Source of the DNA: a virus
Lineage: Duplodnaviria; Heunggongvirae; Uroviricota; Caudoviricetes
Strand: one strand, 5' to 3'
Length of the DNA stretch: 25,518 nucleotides
IMG/VR virus record: IMGVR_UViG_3300045988_091615
Span: 1-25,518 of that record
Shown: positions 24,017-25,518 of the stretch, in pieces
How positions within the stretch are numbered: position 1 is the first letter of the stretch
Layout: each line of letters starts with the position of its first letter
Translations under genes and position numbers: made by a program
Notes under the pieces: model-generated
The model's database searches: none
Told to the model about the DNA's origin: nothing
The model's input: only the letters and a program-made list of their open reading frames with translations

Positions 24017-25518
24017 CAATGTAAAATTACAGGTATTGCTCAGGGCTGTTGACCAGGCATCCCGCCCGTTTAAATCCATCCGCACAGCGAGCAAATCGCT
24101 GTCGGCGGATATCCGGGAAACACAAAAATCACTGCGCGAGCTGAACGGTCAGGCATCCCGTATTGAGGGATTTCGCAAGACCAGTGCACAGCTCGCCGTG
24201 ACTGGTCATGCACTTGAAAAGGCACGGCAGGAGGCCGAAGCCCTTGCCACACAGTTTAAAAACACCGAACGTCCGACACGTGCTCAGGCGAAAGTGCTGG
24301 AATCCGCAAAGCGTGCGGCGGAGGACTTACAGGCGAAATATAACCGCCTGACGGATTCCGTTAAACGCCAGCAGCGGGAACTGGCCGCTGTGGGAATTAA
24401 TACCCGCAATCTTGCACATGATGAGCAGGGACTGAAAAACCGTATCAGTGAAACCACCGCACAGCTTAACCGTCAGCGCGACGCGCTGGCGCGTGTCAGT
24501 GCGCAACAGGCAAAACTTAACGCAGTCAAACAGCGTTATCAGGCCGGAAAGGAACTGGCCGGAAATATGGCCTCAGTGGGCGCTGCCGGTGTGGGGATTG
24601 CGGCGGCGGGAACGATGGCCGGAGTTAAGTTGCTGATGCCCGGTTATGAGTTTGCGCAGAAAAACTCAGAATTGCAGGCTGTGCTCGGTGTGGCAAAAGA
24701 CTCCGCCGAAATGGCTGCACTACGCAAGCAGGCGCGCCAGCTCGGCGATAATACCGCCGCCTCGGCGGATGATGCGGCCGGTGCGCAGATTATCATTGCG
24801 AAAGCGGGTGGAGATGCTGCGGCTATTCAGGCGGCAACGCCGGTCACGCTGAATATGGCACTGGCGAATCAGCGGTCGATGGAAGAAAACGCGCAACTGT
24901 TGCTGGGGACTAAGGCATCCTTTCAACTGTCAAATGATGATGTCAGCCATGTGGGCGACGTGTTGTCGGCAACGATGAATAAGTCGGCGGCTGATTTTCA
25001 GGGGCTCAGTGATGCACTGACTTACCTCGGGCCGGTTGCGAGGACGGCAGGTGTAAGTCTTGAGCAGGCAGCGGCCATGACAGGTGTGCTGCATGACAAT
25101 AACATCAGGGGGTCAATGGCGGGTACGGGTAGCAGTGCCGTTGTCACCCGATTACAGGCACCGACTGGAAAAGCATGGGATGCACTCAAAGAGCTTGGCG
25201 TTAAAACCTCGGACAAAAAGGGAAATATGCGTCCGTTGTTCACCATTCTGAAAGAGATTCAGGCCAGCTTTGATAAACACAAGCTGGGAACGTCTCAGAA
25301 GGGGGAATACCTTAAAACCATTTTTGGTGAGGAAGCCCTGAAATCAGCGAACGTTTTACTGGCAGCGGCAGCAAGCGGAAAACTGGATACGCTGACCGCC
25401 ACGCTGAAAGCCTCGGACGGTAAAACGGAAGAGCTGGTTAAAATCATGCAGGATAACCTCGGCGGTGACTTTAAGGAGTTTCAGTCCGCTTATGAGGCGG
25501 TGGGGACTGACCTGTTTG
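24009..25518 (+). CDS. T: Tail tape measure protein, P2 gpT family (3'-truncated by window end)
   Basis: ATG 24009 (MSNNVKLQVLLRAVDQ...). Open frame to the window edge; alanine-rich and coiled-coil-like, typical of tape measure proteins. Absent from the ORF track because no stop falls within the window. Confidence 0.88.
   Translation, partial: MSNNVKLQVLLRAVDQASRPFKSIRTASKSLSADIRETQKSLRELNGQASRIEGFRKTSAQLAVTGHALEKARQEAEALATQFKNTERPTRAQAKVLESAKRAAEDLQAKYNRLTDSVKRQQRELAAVGINTRNLAHDEQGLKNRISETTAQLNRQRDALARVSAQQAKLNAVKQRYQAGKELAGNMASVGAAGVGIAAAGTMAGVKLLMPGYEFAQKNSELQAVLGVAKDSAEMAALRKQARQLGDNTAASADDAAGAQIIIAKAGGDAAAIQAATPVTLNMALANQRSMEENAQLLLGTKASFQLSNDDVSHVGDVLSATMNKSAADFQGLSDALTYLGPVARTAGVSLEQAAAMTGVLHDNNIRGSMAGTGSSAVVTRLQAPTGKAWDALKELGVKTSDKKGNMRPLFTILKEIQASFDKHKLGTSQKGEYLKTIFGEEALKSANVLLAAAASGKLDTLTATLKASDGKTEELVKIMQDNLGGDFKEFQSAYEAVGTDLF

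Noticed and set aside
1-25518. Search for tRNA genes, attachment-site repeats, integrase, IS elements and CRISPR arrays
   Set aside because: No cloverleaf-like tRNA candidates, transposase-like ORFs, terminal inverted repeats or regularly spaced repeats were seen. The integrase/att end of the prophage appears to lie outside the window, upstream of the early operon.

Overview
This window is a near-contiguous stretch of a P2-like temperate myovirus prophage from an enterobacterial host. It runs from the end of the early/replication operon (gene A), across the cos site, into the late morphogenesis and lysis genes: Q and P on the minus strand, then O N M L X Y K lysA lysB/lysC R S, V W J I H G, FI FII E/E' and the 5' part of T on the plus strand. 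Gene order, orientations, start/stop overlaps and protein lengths match what I recall for P2 itself; these calls rest on reading the translations, not on a database search. Three AT-rich insertions (roughly 35-40% G+C against 55-65% in the backbone, estimated by eye on sampled lines) sit at positions where P2-like phages are known to carry variable cargo. (i) Between A and cos, the P2 tin/old position: a 443-aa protein with a C-terminal HNH_2-type nuclease signature plus a 139-aa protein carrying an RNxxxH (HEPN-like) motif. (ii) Between S and V: an oppositely oriented 261-aa predicted three-helix membrane protein. (iii) Between G and FI, the P2 Z/fun position: an oppositely oriented 256-aa protein of unknown function. 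I cannot assign any of these to a named defence system from sequence alone. The A-cos two-gene cassette is my top candidate for an undescribed anti-phage system. Other features are a cos site matching the P2 19-nt cohesive end, a -1 frameshift site for E/E', a spanin gene (lysC) embedded in lysB, tail-fibre repeats, a composition switch in the H/G host-range module, and several hairpins/terminators at cargo junctions. No rRNA, tRNA, CRISPR array, integrase or IS element was recognised.
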